From a virus (Duplodnaviria; Caudoviricetes), in IMG/VR virus record IMGVR_UViG_3300032277_000037, positions 1-34,591 of that record: 34,591 bases of DNA. The stretch is one strand, 5' to 3'. The notes beneath the pieces are model-generated. The model saw only the letters and a program-made list of their open reading frames with translations, made no database searches and was not told the origin of the DNA. Shown piece after piece: positions 15,237 through 24,597 of this stretch (the stretch's first letter is position 1; each line of letters begins with the position of its first letter). Made by a program: the position numbers and the translations under genes.

Positions 15237-15404
15237 GTGCGTAGATATTACAAATCAGGCGGGAAGATATGCGCAAAAGGTAAGTCGTGGGCTAAACGCA
15301 CTTTTGACACCTACCCGTCTGCCTATGCGAATATGGCCGCGTCTAAGTATTGTAAAGACCCAAACTATGCTAAGGGTAGCAAAGGTAAGAAGGCGAAATC
15401 GTAA
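15237..15404 (+). CDS. 55-aa basic protein MRRYYKSGGKICAKGKSWAKRTFDTYPSAYANMAASKYCKDPNYAKGSKGKKAKS
   Basis: Hand translated, GTG start, TAATG overlap with the next gene; FDTYPSAYAN resembles the N-terminal half of DUF5872-like viral proteins (from memory). Confidence 0.75.
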   Translation: MRRYYKSGGKICAKGKSWAKRTFDTYPSAYANMAASKYCKDPNYAKGSKGKKAKS

Positions 15405-15733
15405 TGGGTGAGCTGAAGAAGTGGCGGGATCAAGAGTGGGTTCGCATCGGTACCGATGGGAAAATCAAGGGCGAGTGCGGCACTTCTAAAGACAAGAAGA
15501 ACCCAGATCGTTGTTTGCCTCGCAGTAAAGCGCAAAGCCTTTCACAAAAGGAGCGATCTTCTACAGCTAAAAAGAAGAAGGCCGCTGGGGCTAAAGGCAA
15601 GACTGTAGTAAAAAACACGAAAGCTGCTACAGTCAAGCTGGCAGGTGGCGGACTAGCTCGCCGCAAACGTGATATTGCTCGTGGGTGTGGGGCTGTCATG
15701 GAAGATAGACGTAAAGCTACGTTGTACACTTAG
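15404..15733 (+). CDS. Basic protein (DUF5872-like C-terminal half), 109 aa
   Basis: LKKWRDQEWV...CG...PDRCLP...KKKAAG; ends LAGGGLA...RGCGAV. Confidence 0.75.
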   Translation: MGELKKWRDQEWVRIGTDGKIKGECGTSKDKKNPDRCLPRSKAQSLSQKERSSTAKKKKAAGAKGKTVVKNTKAATVKLAGGGLARRKRDIARGCGAVMEDRRKATLYT

Positions 15734-15742
15734 GAGATTGTT

Positions 15743-16426
15743 ATGACCACATCAGGCACTACAGCGTTCAACATGGACTTCACCGAGATTGCGGAAGAAG
15801 CATGGGAACGCGCGGGCCGTGAGATGCGGTCTGGGTACGACCTACGTACCGCGCGTCGCTCTATGAACTTGATGACCATCGAATGGCAAAACCGTGGTAT
15901 CAACCTGTGGACCATTGATGAAGGTACTGTGAGCTTAACCCAAGGTGTGGGGCAGTACGACTTACCGGCGGACACTATTGATCTACTTGAGCAGGTCGTA
16001 CGTACAGGAAGTGGTACAACACAACAGGACCTGACCATATCGCGGATCAGTGTTAGTACGTACGCTTCTATCCCAAACAAGACAAACACTGGGCGCCCTA
16101 TCCAGCTCTGGATCGAACGCCTGCGTGACAACCCGCGTGTCAATGTATGGCCTGTCCCGGAAAGCGATGATTACACGCTAGTTTACTGGCGTTTGCGCCG
16201 TGTAGAAGATGCTGGCGCCGGTGCTCAGACGGCAGATATGAACTTCCGTTTCCTCCCCTGTCTTGTGGCTGGGTTGGCATACAACATCGCTATGAAGGTT
16301 CCAGAGTTGGCGCCTCGCATTGAAATGCTGAAGGCCACGTATGAAGAACAGTTTAGACTCGCCGCGGAAGAAGACCGGGAGAAAGCGCCGGTACGTTTCG
16401 TACCCCGTGTAGGGGTCATTAGATGA
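15743..16426 (+). CDS. Probable head-tail adaptor (P22 gp4/tail tubular A-like), 227 aa
   Basis: GGAG SD; helix-beta sandwich-helix pattern (ARRSMNLM...YDLP...GRP...VWPVP...LVAGLAY). Confidence 0.7.
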   Translation: MTTSGTTAFNMDFTEIAEEAWERAGREMRSGYDLRTARRSMNLMTIEWQNRGINLWTIDEGTVSLTQGVGQYDLPADTIDLLEQVVRTGSGTTQQDLTISRISVSTYASIPNKTNTGRPIQLWIERLRDNPRVNVWPVPESDDYTLVYWRLRRVEDAGAGAQTADMNFRFLPCLVAGLAYNIAMKVPELAPRIEMLKATYEEQFRLAAEEDREKAPVRFVPRVGVIR

Positions 16427-16773
16427 GCACTCGGTTCGCCTCAGCAAAGAAGGCCCTTGGCATATGCGATGTATGCGGGTTTTCTTACAAACTGAAGGAG
16501 CTGAAGGCCCTGTACGTCAAAGGCCGTAACACTAACGTGCTTGCATGCACAGACTGCTGGAGCCCTGACCACCCACAACTCAAACTAGGGGAGTTCCCGG
16601 TGGACGACCCGCAGGCGTTACGAAACCCACGTCCTGACACGGCAGAATTACCCGCATCGCGGGATACTCAGTATGGGTGGAATCCTGTCGGGCTGCAAGA
16701 CCCTTTTAACTTGGTGGATGACAACTTGGTTGGCACTGGCTTTGCGGGGCAAATTACGGTAATAGTATCTTAG
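16423..16773 (+). CDS. Zinc-ribbon protein, 116 aa
   Basis: CDVC...CTDC, then DHPQL and DPQALRNPRPD; ATGA overlap. Confidence 0.8.
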   Translation: MSTRFASAKKALGICDVCGFSYKLKELKALYVKGRNTNVLACTDCWSPDHPQLKLGEFPVDDPQALRNPRPDTAELPASRDTQYGWNPVGLQDPFNLVDDNLVGTGFAGQITVIVS

Positions 16774-16784
16774 GAGGCGATAAC

Positions 16785-16934
16785 ATGGCGAACCGCGATA
16801 TGAAGAAGATGAAGAAGAATGGCAAAGTGACGACACCTAAAAAAATAACTAAAGCCGCAAAGACTAACGGCGTAAAAATCCGTGGCACAGGCGCGGCTAC
16901 TAAAGGCCTATATGCTCGCGGGCCTATGGGGTAA
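16785..16934 (+). CDS. 49-aa basic peptide MANRDMKKMKKNGKVTTPKKITKAAKTNGVKIRGTGAATKGLYARGPMG
   Basis: Hand translated. Strong AGGAGG SD; fills the gap; RGxGxAxKG motif shared with upstream basic proteins. Confidence 0.75.
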   Translation: MANRDMKKMKKNGKVTTPKKITKAAKTNGVKIRGTGAATKGLYARGPMG

Positions 16935-16937
16935 CTG

Positions 16938-17567
16938 ATGAATTACGCTGAGCTGAAAACCAATATACAAGACATATGTGAGGATACGTTCACAGATGAC
17001 CAGCTTGCTATGTTCACTCAGCAGGCTGAGCAGAAGATATATAGCACCGTCCAAATACCCGCGTTACGTAAGAATGTCACCGCAAACCTTACAGCTAGTA
17101 ATAAGTATTTGGATGTACCCGCTGACTATCTGTATACGTACAGCCTTGCTATAGAAAACACGTCTGGAAATTATGTATTTCTGCTGGATAAGGACGTGAA
17201 TTTTATCCGAGAAGCCTACCCTGACGCCTCGGTAACCGGTACGCCAGTGCATTATGCTAATTTTGACGATACGGCGTTTATCTTAGGCCCCACCCCAGAT
17301 ACGGCTTATTTTACAGAACTGCACTACGGGTACTACCCGGAATCTATTGTAACCGCGGGCACTACGTGGTTAGGAGAAGAGTTCGATTCTGCGTTGTTAA
17401 ACGGCGCCCTTGTAGAGGCTATTCGGTTTATGAAGGGTGAGCAGGATATGGTAGATATGTATAACAAGATGTTTACACTATCTATCGGGCTACTTAAAAA
17501 CCTCGGTGACGGCAAACTGCGGGGGGATACATATCGCTCCGGGCAACCTAAAATCCCAGTAAGTTGA
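16938..17567 (+). CDS. Second adaptor/tail tubular A-like protein, 209 aa
   Basis: MNYAELKTNIQD...AEQKIY...GTPVHYA...LGPTPD...ALLNGALVEA; same fold pattern as 15743..16426. Confidence 0.7.
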   Translation: MNYAELKTNIQDICEDTFTDDQLAMFTQQAEQKIYSTVQIPALRKNVTANLTASNKYLDVPADYLYTYSLAIENTSGNYVFLLDKDVNFIREAYPDASVTGTPVHYANFDDTAFILGPTPDTAYFTELHYGYYPESIVTAGTTWLGEEFDSALLNGALVEAIRFMKGEQDMVDMYNKMFTLSIGLLKNLGDGKLRGDTYRSGQPKIPVS

Positions 17568-17577
17568 GGGCACTACA

Positions 17578-17874
17578 ATGTCACTAGGAAGCATGGATAT
17601 CCCCCAACACAAACAACTTGTTGAGGTTCGGACAACGCAAAACAGGGGCTTTACGCCGGAGGAAGTGGCGCAGGTGTGTGTGCAAAAAATCGTGTCTGTA
17701 TCAGACACAGCGCCCCCCGCCATTCGAGAGCAAGCCAAAGCGTTTGCGGACAATATTGAGGAGGTGGTTACTTTCTATATGAAAAGAGCTATCGAAAGTG
17801 ATCGCACATCCGTGTATAACGCTCTCAATGAAGCGGGGAAACCCGATTTGGCTGAACTTATAAGGAGACTTTAA
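17578..17874 (+). CDS. Conserved hypothetical protein, 98 aa
   Basis: GAGG SD; tight operon packing. Confidence 0.75.
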   Translation: MSLGSMDIPQHKQLVEVRTTQNRGFTPEEVAQVCVQKIVSVSDTAPPAIREQAKAFADNIEEVVTFYMKRAIESDRTSVYNALNEAGKPDLAELIRRL

Positions 17875-17875
17875 C

Positions 17876-18325
17876 ATGGCCTTTACTGGTAACTTTATGT
17901 GTACTTCCTTCAAGCAGCAGTTGCTTGAGGCTAAACACAACTTTTTGCTTTCTGGAGGGGACACCTTCAAGATTGCATTGTACGACAACAGCGCCTCATT
18001 CACTGCGGCGACTACGGACTACACGGCGACTAACGAAGTAGGGGCGTCCGGTTCGTACTCAGCGGGTGGCGGTACGCTAACTCGTATTGATCCTGCTACA
18101 TCTGGGACAACGGCATTCACAGACTTTGCAGACATTACGTTTACGTCTGCGACTATCACTGCTCGCGGTGCGTTGATCTACAACACCACAACAGGTGCTG
18201 GAACCGGAACAACGGACACAGTTGTTGTACTGGACTTTGGATCAGACAAGACCTCGACTTCGGGGGACTTTGAGATTGTTTTCCCAGCGGCTGACGCGAG
18301 TAACGCTATCATTCGCATTGCCTAA
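17876..18325 (+). CDS. Beta-rich virion protein (fibre bead/subunit-like), 149 aa
   Basis: AAGGAG SD; FKIALY, YSAGGGTL, TITARGALIYN and VLDFGSDKT motifs of a widespread phage structural family. Confidence 0.75.
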   Translation: MAFTGNFMCTSFKQQLLEAKHNFLLSGGDTFKIALYDNSASFTAATTDYTATNEVGASGSYSAGGGTLTRIDPATSGTTAFTDFADITFTSATITARGALIYNTTTGAGTGTTDTVVVLDFGSDKTSTSGDFEIVFPAADASNAIIRIA

Positions 18326-18340
18326 GTGTAGGGCAGCGTT

Positions 18341-20008
18341 ATGGCTATATCGTTCACACTAAACAGCGCATCTAGCGGTGGACGACAGGCTGACATAACG
18401 CTGCCTGCCACAGTGTCGGCTGGCGACCTTTTGGTTGCCATGCACTATGATATTAGCAACGAAACCATTCCGGCAACTCCCTCTGGCTGGACGTTAATAA
18501 ACAGTTTTACCAGTGGGGCGGCTGCAGGCACTCTTGGCATTATTGCAAAGATCGCAGATGGCACGGAGGACGGCGCAAGCCTGTCTTGGTTCTCAGGCAC
18601 TGACAATAACTACGCAGCTTTTTCCCTTACGCCAGACGCAACGATAACATCACTTGGATCGGTAACTGGCACTGATGGTGTAAGTGGCAATGCTGCTTCG
18701 GGGCTTTCTCTTACCGCAACGCCCTCTGCGGGCACTCTGCCTCTCATGCTTGTTTACGCAGGTGGGTCTAATGGATCAATAGACGTTACTCCAAACGGGG
18801 ACTTCACAGAAAGGTTTTCAGGGCTAGACGGAGTAGAGTTAAACGCAACTTTTTACGATACCACAGACCCCACCACGGACCTGACCACTAATACTGGGGA
18901 TACTGGCCGTCAGACACTTGTACTTGGTAATCTTAATTTAAATTTTGCTGTTAGTGTTGTTGTTAATGTTACGGGCGTAACTTCTACCGGGGCGGTTGGC
19001 AGCGTCACTGTAACAGGCGGCTCCACAGTAACAGGCACAGGCTCTACTGCAACAGGGCAGGTTGGCAGCGTCACTGTCACTGGAGCTTCTTCGGTAACAG
19101 GAACAGGTTCTGAAGGTACGGGGCAGCTTGGCTCTGTAACGATATCAGGTGATTCTACTGTCACTGCCACAGGTTCTGAAGGTACGGGGCAGGTCGGCAC
19201 TGTTACCGCAAAAGCCAATATCTCTGTAACTCTTACGGGTTCTGAAGGAACGGGGCAGGTTGATTCTGTTACTGCAACAGGTAGTTCTTCTGTTACCGCA
19301 ACGGGTTCTGAAGGAACGGGGCAGGTTGGCTCTGTAACAACGACAGGTTCTGCGTCGATAGCTCTGACAGGTGTGTCCGCAACGGGTGAAGTTGGTGAGA
19401 TAAACTTCCCTGATGTTACTGTGGATGTTACTGGGGTTGAAGGCACAGGGGCGGTCGGAGACGTATCTGTCAATGCTCAACAAAACGTAAGTGTCCCAGT
19501 CACGGGTGTGGCGGCACTTGGCGAGGTTGGCTCTGTAACTGTAGTCTCCTCTGAAGATGTAAGTGTCCCTGTTACAGGTTCTGAAGCCACTGGAAACGTC
19601 GGCTCCGTCACAATAGCGAGTGGCACTGGAGTTAGTGTTACGATTACAGGGTTGGCCTCTACTGGTGGGGTTGGCAGTGTAGTCGCTAAGGCCGGAGCAG
19701 GGGTGTCTGCTACAGGCGTATCTGCCACCGGACAAGTTGGATCAGTTACAGTAACTGTAGGAAGCACCAGAGTTACAGTCACGGGTGTATCTGCTATTGG
19801 TCAAGTAGGTTCTCCCTTAGTTTGGGGCCGAATTGTCCCTGACGCCGGAACAAGCTATACGCCTATATCACCTAGTGCCGGAACAAGTTATAGTGAAATA
19901 CAGCCGAATCCGGGGACAAGTTACACGGGTATAGCGCCGAACCCTGAAACGAGTTATACTGACATCGAACCTAGCCCCGGTACAAGTTGGGAAGAAGTCG
20001 CAGCGTAA
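18341..20008 (+). CDS. Repetitive fibre/scaffold protein, 555 aa: N-terminal beta domain, 13 x ~22-aa TGxxxTGxVGxV repeats, 5 x 11-aa IxPxxGTSY repeats
   Basis: Repeats read directly from the translation; 66-bp DNA periodicity at 19106, 19172, 19238 and 19304; 33-bp units at 19832-19996. Confidence 0.8.
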   Translation: MAISFTLNSASSGGRQADITLPATVSAGDLLVAMHYDISNETIPATPSGWTLINSFTSGAAAGTLGIIAKIADGTEDGASLSWFSGTDNNYAAFSLTPDATITSLGSVTGTDGVSGNAASGLSLTATPSAGTLPLMLVYAGGSNGSIDVTPNGDFTERFSGLDGVELNATFYDTTDPTTDLTTNTGDTGRQTLVLGNLNLNFAVSVVVNVTGVTSTGAVGSVTVTGGSTVTGTGSTATGQVGSVTVTGASSVTGTGSEGTGQLGSVTISGDSTVTATGSEGTGQVGTVTAKANISVTLTGSEGTGQVDSVTATGSSSVTATGSEGTGQVGSVTTTGSASIALTGVSATGEVGEINFPDVTVDVTGVEGTGAVGDVSVNAQQNVSVPVTGVAALGEVGSVTVVSSEDVSVPVTGSEATGNVGSVTIASGTGVSVTITGLASTGGVGSVVAKAGAGVSATGVSATGQVGSVTVTVGSTRVTVTGVSAIGQVGSPLVWGRIVPDAGTSYTPISPSAGTSYSEIQPNPGTSYTGIAPNPETSYTDIEPSPGTSWEEVAA

Positions 20009-20017
20009 GGATTTATC

Positions 20018-21130
20018 ATGCCTAGTACATACACAGCTAACGGTGGCATAGAAAAAATTGCCACAGGTGAACAGTCCGGCACATGGGGCGACACCACCAA
20101 TACGAACTTGGACATCCTTGATCGTATTACTAATGGTGTGGGAACCATAACTCTGTCAGGTACAACCCACACCCTAGATACTACTAACGGCACTTTGTCG
20201 GATGGTATGTACAAAGTTCTTGTTTTGAGCGGCTCGCCTAGTGGAACAAACACGATCACGGTTACACCCTCAAATGCTCAGAAGCTGTATTTTGTGTACA
20301 ATAATTCAGGGCAAGATGCTGTTTTCTCGCAAGGCGGCGGTGCAAACGTCACCGTAGCCAATGGCGACAGCAAGGTTTTGTACCTTGACGGCGGAGAAGC
20401 GTCTGCGGCTGTATTCGACTTAACCGCTAACTTTGCGATGAGCAGTGTTAACATTACAGGCGGTTCTGTTACGGGGATCACCGATCTTGACATTGCGGAT
20501 GGCGGAACGGGAGCTTCTTCGGCGTCTGCTGCTAGAACCAACCTCGGTCTGGCGATTGGTTCTGACGTTCAAGCCTTTGATACCTTGTTGCAGGACATAT
20601 CGGCGTTAGCCGCGACTTTAGGCCATGCTATTGTTGGGGACGGAACTAATCTTATTAGCACCGCGAGTTCTACTGACGCGATGATCATGCCAGCGGGGAC
20701 CACAGGACAGCGCCCTACCGCTGTAAATGGTATGATCCGGTACAACTCAAGCGAGGCTAAGTTTGAGGGTTACGCCAACGGTGCGTGGGGTACGATTGGT
20801 GGCGGCGGTTTCGATACGCAGGAGACTACGACAACTTCCGTGTCTCAGGTTGCAGTAGGTACATACGATGCGGCTACGGTCTTGGGCCTAAAGGTTTTAA
20901 TCCAAGTCACCGACACGGTTGCTACAGAGCGTTACATCACAGAGCTTTTGGTTACGCATGACGGTGTGACGGCGGTCGCTACCGAGTACGGCCAAGTTGC
21001 TACGGACACGGCTTTGTCTACTTTTGATGTTGATATAGATACCGGAAACATACGGATACTTGCGACTCCTGCGAGTACGAACTCTACGACATTTCTTGTT
21101 CGTGGAGCGGAGATGTCTGCTGTAGTATAA
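20018..21130 (+). CDS. Tail fibre protein, 370 aa
   Basis: GEQSGTWGDTTNTN anchor; DGGTGASSASAARTNLGL and PAGTTGQRP...GMIRYN...FEGY fibre motifs. Confidence 0.85.
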   Translation: MPSTYTANGGIEKIATGEQSGTWGDTTNTNLDILDRITNGVGTITLSGTTHTLDTTNGTLSDGMYKVLVLSGSPSGTNTITVTPSNAQKLYFVYNNSGQDAVFSQGGGANVTVANGDSKVLYLDGGEASAAVFDLTANFAMSSVNITGGSVTGITDLDIADGGTGASSASAARTNLGLAIGSDVQAFDTLLQDISALAATLGHAIVGDGTNLISTASSTDAMIMPAGTTGQRPTAVNGMIRYNSSEAKFEGYANGAWGTIGGGGFDTQETTTTSVSQVAVGTYDAATVLGLKVLIQVTDTVATERYITELLVTHDGVTAVATEYGQVATDTALSTFDVDIDTGNIRILATPASTNSTTFLVRGAEMSAVV

Positions 21131-21161
21131 GAATATTCATTTTAGGGGAAAGGGAACCTAA

Positions 21162-21530
21162 ATGGCAAATGACAAAGACTTCAAGGCCAAGAACCGAGTA
21201 ACGGCTTTAGCGTTTTACGAAAAGGTAACGGCACTAACATCCTCCTCTGGAGCGATGACAGCCGACCTGTCCACTGCTTCAGTCTTTACGTCTACGTTAA
21301 CCGAGGACACCTTAGTGACTTTGTCTAATGCTCCGGCTTCTGGGTCACGCGGCTACGCAACTTTTGTGCTGAAAGCCGATAGCGGAACGCATAAGATATA
21401 CTTCGATAAAGGCGTTAGCTACGACACTGAAATTTACGATATAAGTACGGCTCAATGGGTCATCACCCTCCAGACATCAGACGGCGGTGATACTTACTCT
21501 GGTTCTTATGCCGTTCAGGGGGCAGCGTAA
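21162..21530 (+). CDS. Tail fibre tip adaptor-like protein, 122 aa
   Basis: KDFK N-terminus; DLSTASVF...SNAPASG...TSDGGDTYSG domain. Confidence 0.7.
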   Translation: MANDKDFKAKNRVTALAFYEKVTALTSSSGAMTADLSTASVFTSTLTEDTLVTLSNAPASGSRGYATFVLKADSGTHKIYFDKGVSYDTEIYDISTAQWVITLQTSDGGDTYSGSYAVQGAA

Positions 21531-23434
21531 TGTCTAATACAAAAGATTTTAAGGTCGCAGACATTGTACAGGTAGCAGGGCAAACCACCCTGAAGACAGG
21601 TACGACCTCCACTTCTCAAGAGAATTACCGGGTAATTGACCTAGACAACGAGGCGGTTTCCTCCACAATTGCAGGCCTTAGCACTCCATCTAACATCTTT
21701 TTTAAAGCAGATGGCTTGCAAGTTTTTCTTCTGGACGGGGGAGCCGATAGGGTTGAGAGGTTGTCTTTATCTACGGCGTGGGACGTTACAAGCACCCTGA
21801 CTCCAGTGGACAGTAAATCTGTGTCTTCTCAAACGACTACTCCGGCATGGGTGCAGCTTTCCGACACGGGGCGGCATATGTTTGTTTTGTCCACAAGTGC
21901 CGACACGGTGTATGAGTATGACGTTGATCCAGCGTATGACATTTCTGCGGCAACATTTACTCAGTCTCAATCGTTTGTTCCCGGTGGCGGTGGGGGGTTT
22001 ACTTCTTTTGCGTTTAACGATGACGGCACTAAAATCTTCTTCACAGAGGGCAGCAACACTACGATGTCCTTCTATACCCTAAGTACTCCGTATGACATCT
22101 CTAGTGTGGGGGCGGAAAGTACGCAGGCAATTTCTGGGGCGACTGGAAACGGACAAATAAGTTTTGCGGACAACGGCTCTTTGATGCTGTGGCTTGATAT
22201 AACAAACAACAACCTCCTGCTTTTCACTTTGTCTACGGCGTATGATCTCAGCACTGCAACGCTGAAGGAGACCAAAACGAGTATTGATACAGACCTGCGA
22301 TCTCCTGTGTTTGGAGACTCTGGGAACAATGTGATTTTTGTAAATAGAATTGATGATAATCTGTACGCTTATGATGCCGAAGTAGATGTGTTGTCTGTAG
22401 ACTTGTCTACAGGGAATTACTTTGAAATAAACACTTCCGGCTATGAAGAGTTTTCTTTTACAAATCCCCCTGTTTCTCAGACGTTTCAAGTACTTCAGAA
22501 GGTTGGAACAGGTTTTGGGTTAGATGTCGGTGCGACTGCAAACTTTACGTCAGGTACAGACCCTATACCCTACTATCAAGACACAGGGACGTTTGAGTTC
22601 ACTCTTACACCTGATGGCAGACACGCACTTAGTTTTGAGAACAATCAAGTCCGCTTGATGGAGTTGGATAAGCCCTTCGATTTAAGGGCAATGTCTCTAG
22701 TTAACTATGTCACCACGCCAAGTGCTAATTCGAAGGGCCGGTATCTTAGAAATGACGGCAGGTACGCTTATATCACAACAGCAACTTCCCTACGTCAGTA
22801 CGAGATAGACCCTCCGTTTACGGGGACGATCACGCAAGAATACAGTGTTACGGGTCTGGTTAATCCGCAAAGGCTTTGGTTCAAACCAGATGGAACTCGG
22901 TTCTTCTTATCTGGCCCAGTTAGCAATGGGACCATATCTACGTTTGACTTAACCACCCCGTGGGATATTTCTACTGCTTCAGACGCTTCAAAGAACTTAA
23001 CTTTAGTAGCGGATGTTACCAACATCGGTTTTATATTGTCGGAGGACGGCACACACCTGTACTACGGGACAGATACTGCCCCGGATAAAATCTACAACTA
23101 CGTTCTTACAACCCCTTGGGATGTTACATCTGCCTCGCTTGTCGGTTCTATAGACCTTCCATCTGGAATCGCAACGGGCTGGGTACTAGCAGGGATGTAC
23201 CCGTCCGAAAATAAATTTGTGTTAACAGAGGACAGTGTCGTAGATACGTTTTACCAATCTCTTTTCGAGTTCTACACTAGCGGAGTTACCTACTATGCCC
23301 CAGTGTATCGGGATACAGTTAACTTTACGGGGGGCGTTGCGCCCACATACAACGAGGACAGCAACAGTAAGCTGATTACCTTCTCGACCAATGACGGCGG
23401 CGCTACTTACTACGCGGGGTACTCTGATGTCTAA
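21530..23434 (+). CDS. Probable receptor-binding protein with two beta-propeller regions, 634 aa
   Basis: Repeated F(K/N)xDGT...LSTxWD(V/I)S blades in two blocks, within an adaptor domain (DLSTGNYF...TNDGGATY); TAATG overlap. Confidence 0.8.
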   Translation: MSNTKDFKVADIVQVAGQTTLKTGTTSTSQENYRVIDLDNEAVSSTIAGLSTPSNIFFKADGLQVFLLDGGADRVERLSLSTAWDVTSTLTPVDSKSVSSQTTTPAWVQLSDTGRHMFVLSTSADTVYEYDVDPAYDISAATFTQSQSFVPGGGGGFTSFAFNDDGTKIFFTEGSNTTMSFYTLSTPYDISSVGAESTQAISGATGNGQISFADNGSLMLWLDITNNNLLLFTLSTAYDLSTATLKETKTSIDTDLRSPVFGDSGNNVIFVNRIDDNLYAYDAEVDVLSVDLSTGNYFEINTSGYEEFSFTNPPVSQTFQVLQKVGTGFGLDVGATANFTSGTDPIPYYQDTGTFEFTLTPDGRHALSFENNQVRLMELDKPFDLRAMSLVNYVTTPSANSKGRYLRNDGRYAYITTATSLRQYEIDPPFTGTITQEYSVTGLVNPQRLWFKPDGTRFFLSGPVSNGTISTFDLTTPWDISTASDASKNLTLVADVTNIGFILSEDGTHLYYGTDTAPDKIYNYVLTTPWDVTSASLVGSIDLPSGIATGWVLAGMYPSENKFVLTEDSVVDTFYQSLFEFYTSGVTYYAPVYRDTVNFTGGVAPTYNEDSNSKLITFSTNDGGATYYAGYSDV

Positions 23435-23777
23435 CTTCAAGATAAAGCACGGCTTACAGGCTAAATCCCTTGGTCAGGGAGCGGTAAGTGTTTCAGGAAC
23501 AGACGTAGATTTAAATCTTGGAACTTACTTCTCCAAGACAATAAGCGGAGCGACTACGTTAACATTTAGTAATCCTCCCCCTTCAGGGTTTGGGCAAGCG
23601 TTTCAACTTGAAATTACTGGGGATGGTAGCGCCATAACGTGGCCGACCTCAATTGACTGGGACCGCGCCACAACTCCTCCTGTTACGGCGAGCGGAAAGG
23701 TGGATGTCTTTAATTTCTTGACGGTAGACAACGGGACTTCTTACATTGGTAAAAAGACAATAGAGGGGGCTTCTTAA
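23427..23777 (+). CDS. Tail fibre tip adaptor-like protein, 116 aa
   Basis: Start moved to ATG 23427 (MSNFKIK); DLNLGTYF...SNPPPSG...ITWP...TVDNGTSYIG. Confidence 0.75.
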   Translation: MSNFKIKHGLQAKSLGQGAVSVSGTDVDLNLGTYFSKTISGATTLTFSNPPPSGFGQAFQLEITGDGSAITWPTSIDWDRATTPPVTASGKVDVFNFLTVDNGTSYIGKKTIEGAS

Positions 23778-24556
23778 TGTCTCTTGCAGCAACCCTTTTT
23801 AATTCAAACACTACATTTGGGCCGGGGATAGAGGTCTTAGGTTTTATAGCTGAGTCTGGAAGTAGTAGTGCTAATATCACAGAGTCCTTTACTAATGGGT
23901 CACTGCCAAGGACTCTACAGGAAAACGATCTTGCAGTTGCTATAATGGTTAATACCGATCTCACAGCAAACGCTGGAGAATCGGACATGGTCGTAGAAAG
24001 TTCTTCTGGTGCAGGTGACTATACAGGCTCGACTTATGCGAGTTCTGAGAATACTGCGACTACAGATCGGTGTCAGGTTAAGATATTTTACAAGTTTATG
24101 GGGTCAACACCCGACACTCAGGTGTATGTCCCTCTTGTTTATAACGGCGACAATGACGGGCATAACAGTGTTATTGTGTACTTTCTAAGGAACGTCGACA
24201 CATCGACTCCTTTTGATGTCACAACTACTACTGCCACTGCAAACAACGTAGGTACGATAACTGCGCCGTCTTTGACGATATCCACTCAAGGCTCGTTGGT
24301 TATTCAAACAGGAAACGCGGGGGGCAACAATATGGAAGATTTGTCTATGGATAACTTTGGCACATCTACAAGCGTCCCCGTTGGTTTTTACACGCAACTT
24401 AGTGATAGTGGTAATGAAGCCTTATCAAGTATAGCTGTTGTAAACTACGATAAGTCTGGCACCCCTGCCCTCCCTGTTTTCCGTGAAGCCACCACCACTG
24501 GTGCGCTCGTTTCGATGTCGATGGCCCTACGCCCTGCAAATCCGCCGATTTACTAA
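23777..24556 (+). CDS. Beta-sandwich putative receptor-binding protein, 259 aa
   Basis: TAATG overlap; LQENDLAVA...KIFYKFMGSTPDT resembles the N-domain of the 555-aa protein (VSAGDLLVA...IIAKIADG). Confidence 0.7.
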   Translation: MSLAATLFNSNTTFGPGIEVLGFIAESGSSSANITESFTNGSLPRTLQENDLAVAIMVNTDLTANAGESDMVVESSSGAGDYTGSTYASSENTATTDRCQVKIFYKFMGSTPDTQVYVPLVYNGDNDGHNSVIVYFLRNVDTSTPFDVTTTTATANNVGTITAPSLTISTQGSLVIQTGNAGGNNMEDLSMDNFGTSTSVPVGFYTQLSDSGNEALSSIAVVNYDKSGTPALPVFREATTTGALVSMSMALRPANPPIY

Positions 24557-24578
24557 GTGTAAAAACTTAGTGTATACT
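24549..24578 (+). promoter_or_regulatory. Possible internal promoter overlapped by an ACTAAGT-N6-ACTTAGT inverted repeat
   Basis: TATACT -10 at 24573-78 with a weak -35; inverted repeat at 24552-24571. Confidence 0.3.
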
Positions 24579-24597
24579 ATGCTTAGAGGAACAAGAG

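Noticed and set aside
18910-19782. Repetitive minus-strand ORFs
   Set aside because: Antisense read-through of the Thr/Gly/Val repeats of the 555-aa gene.
18341-24556. Diversity-generating retroelement target in the fibre genes
   Set aside because: No reverse transcriptase and no template/variable repeat pair differing at adenines was seen in the window.
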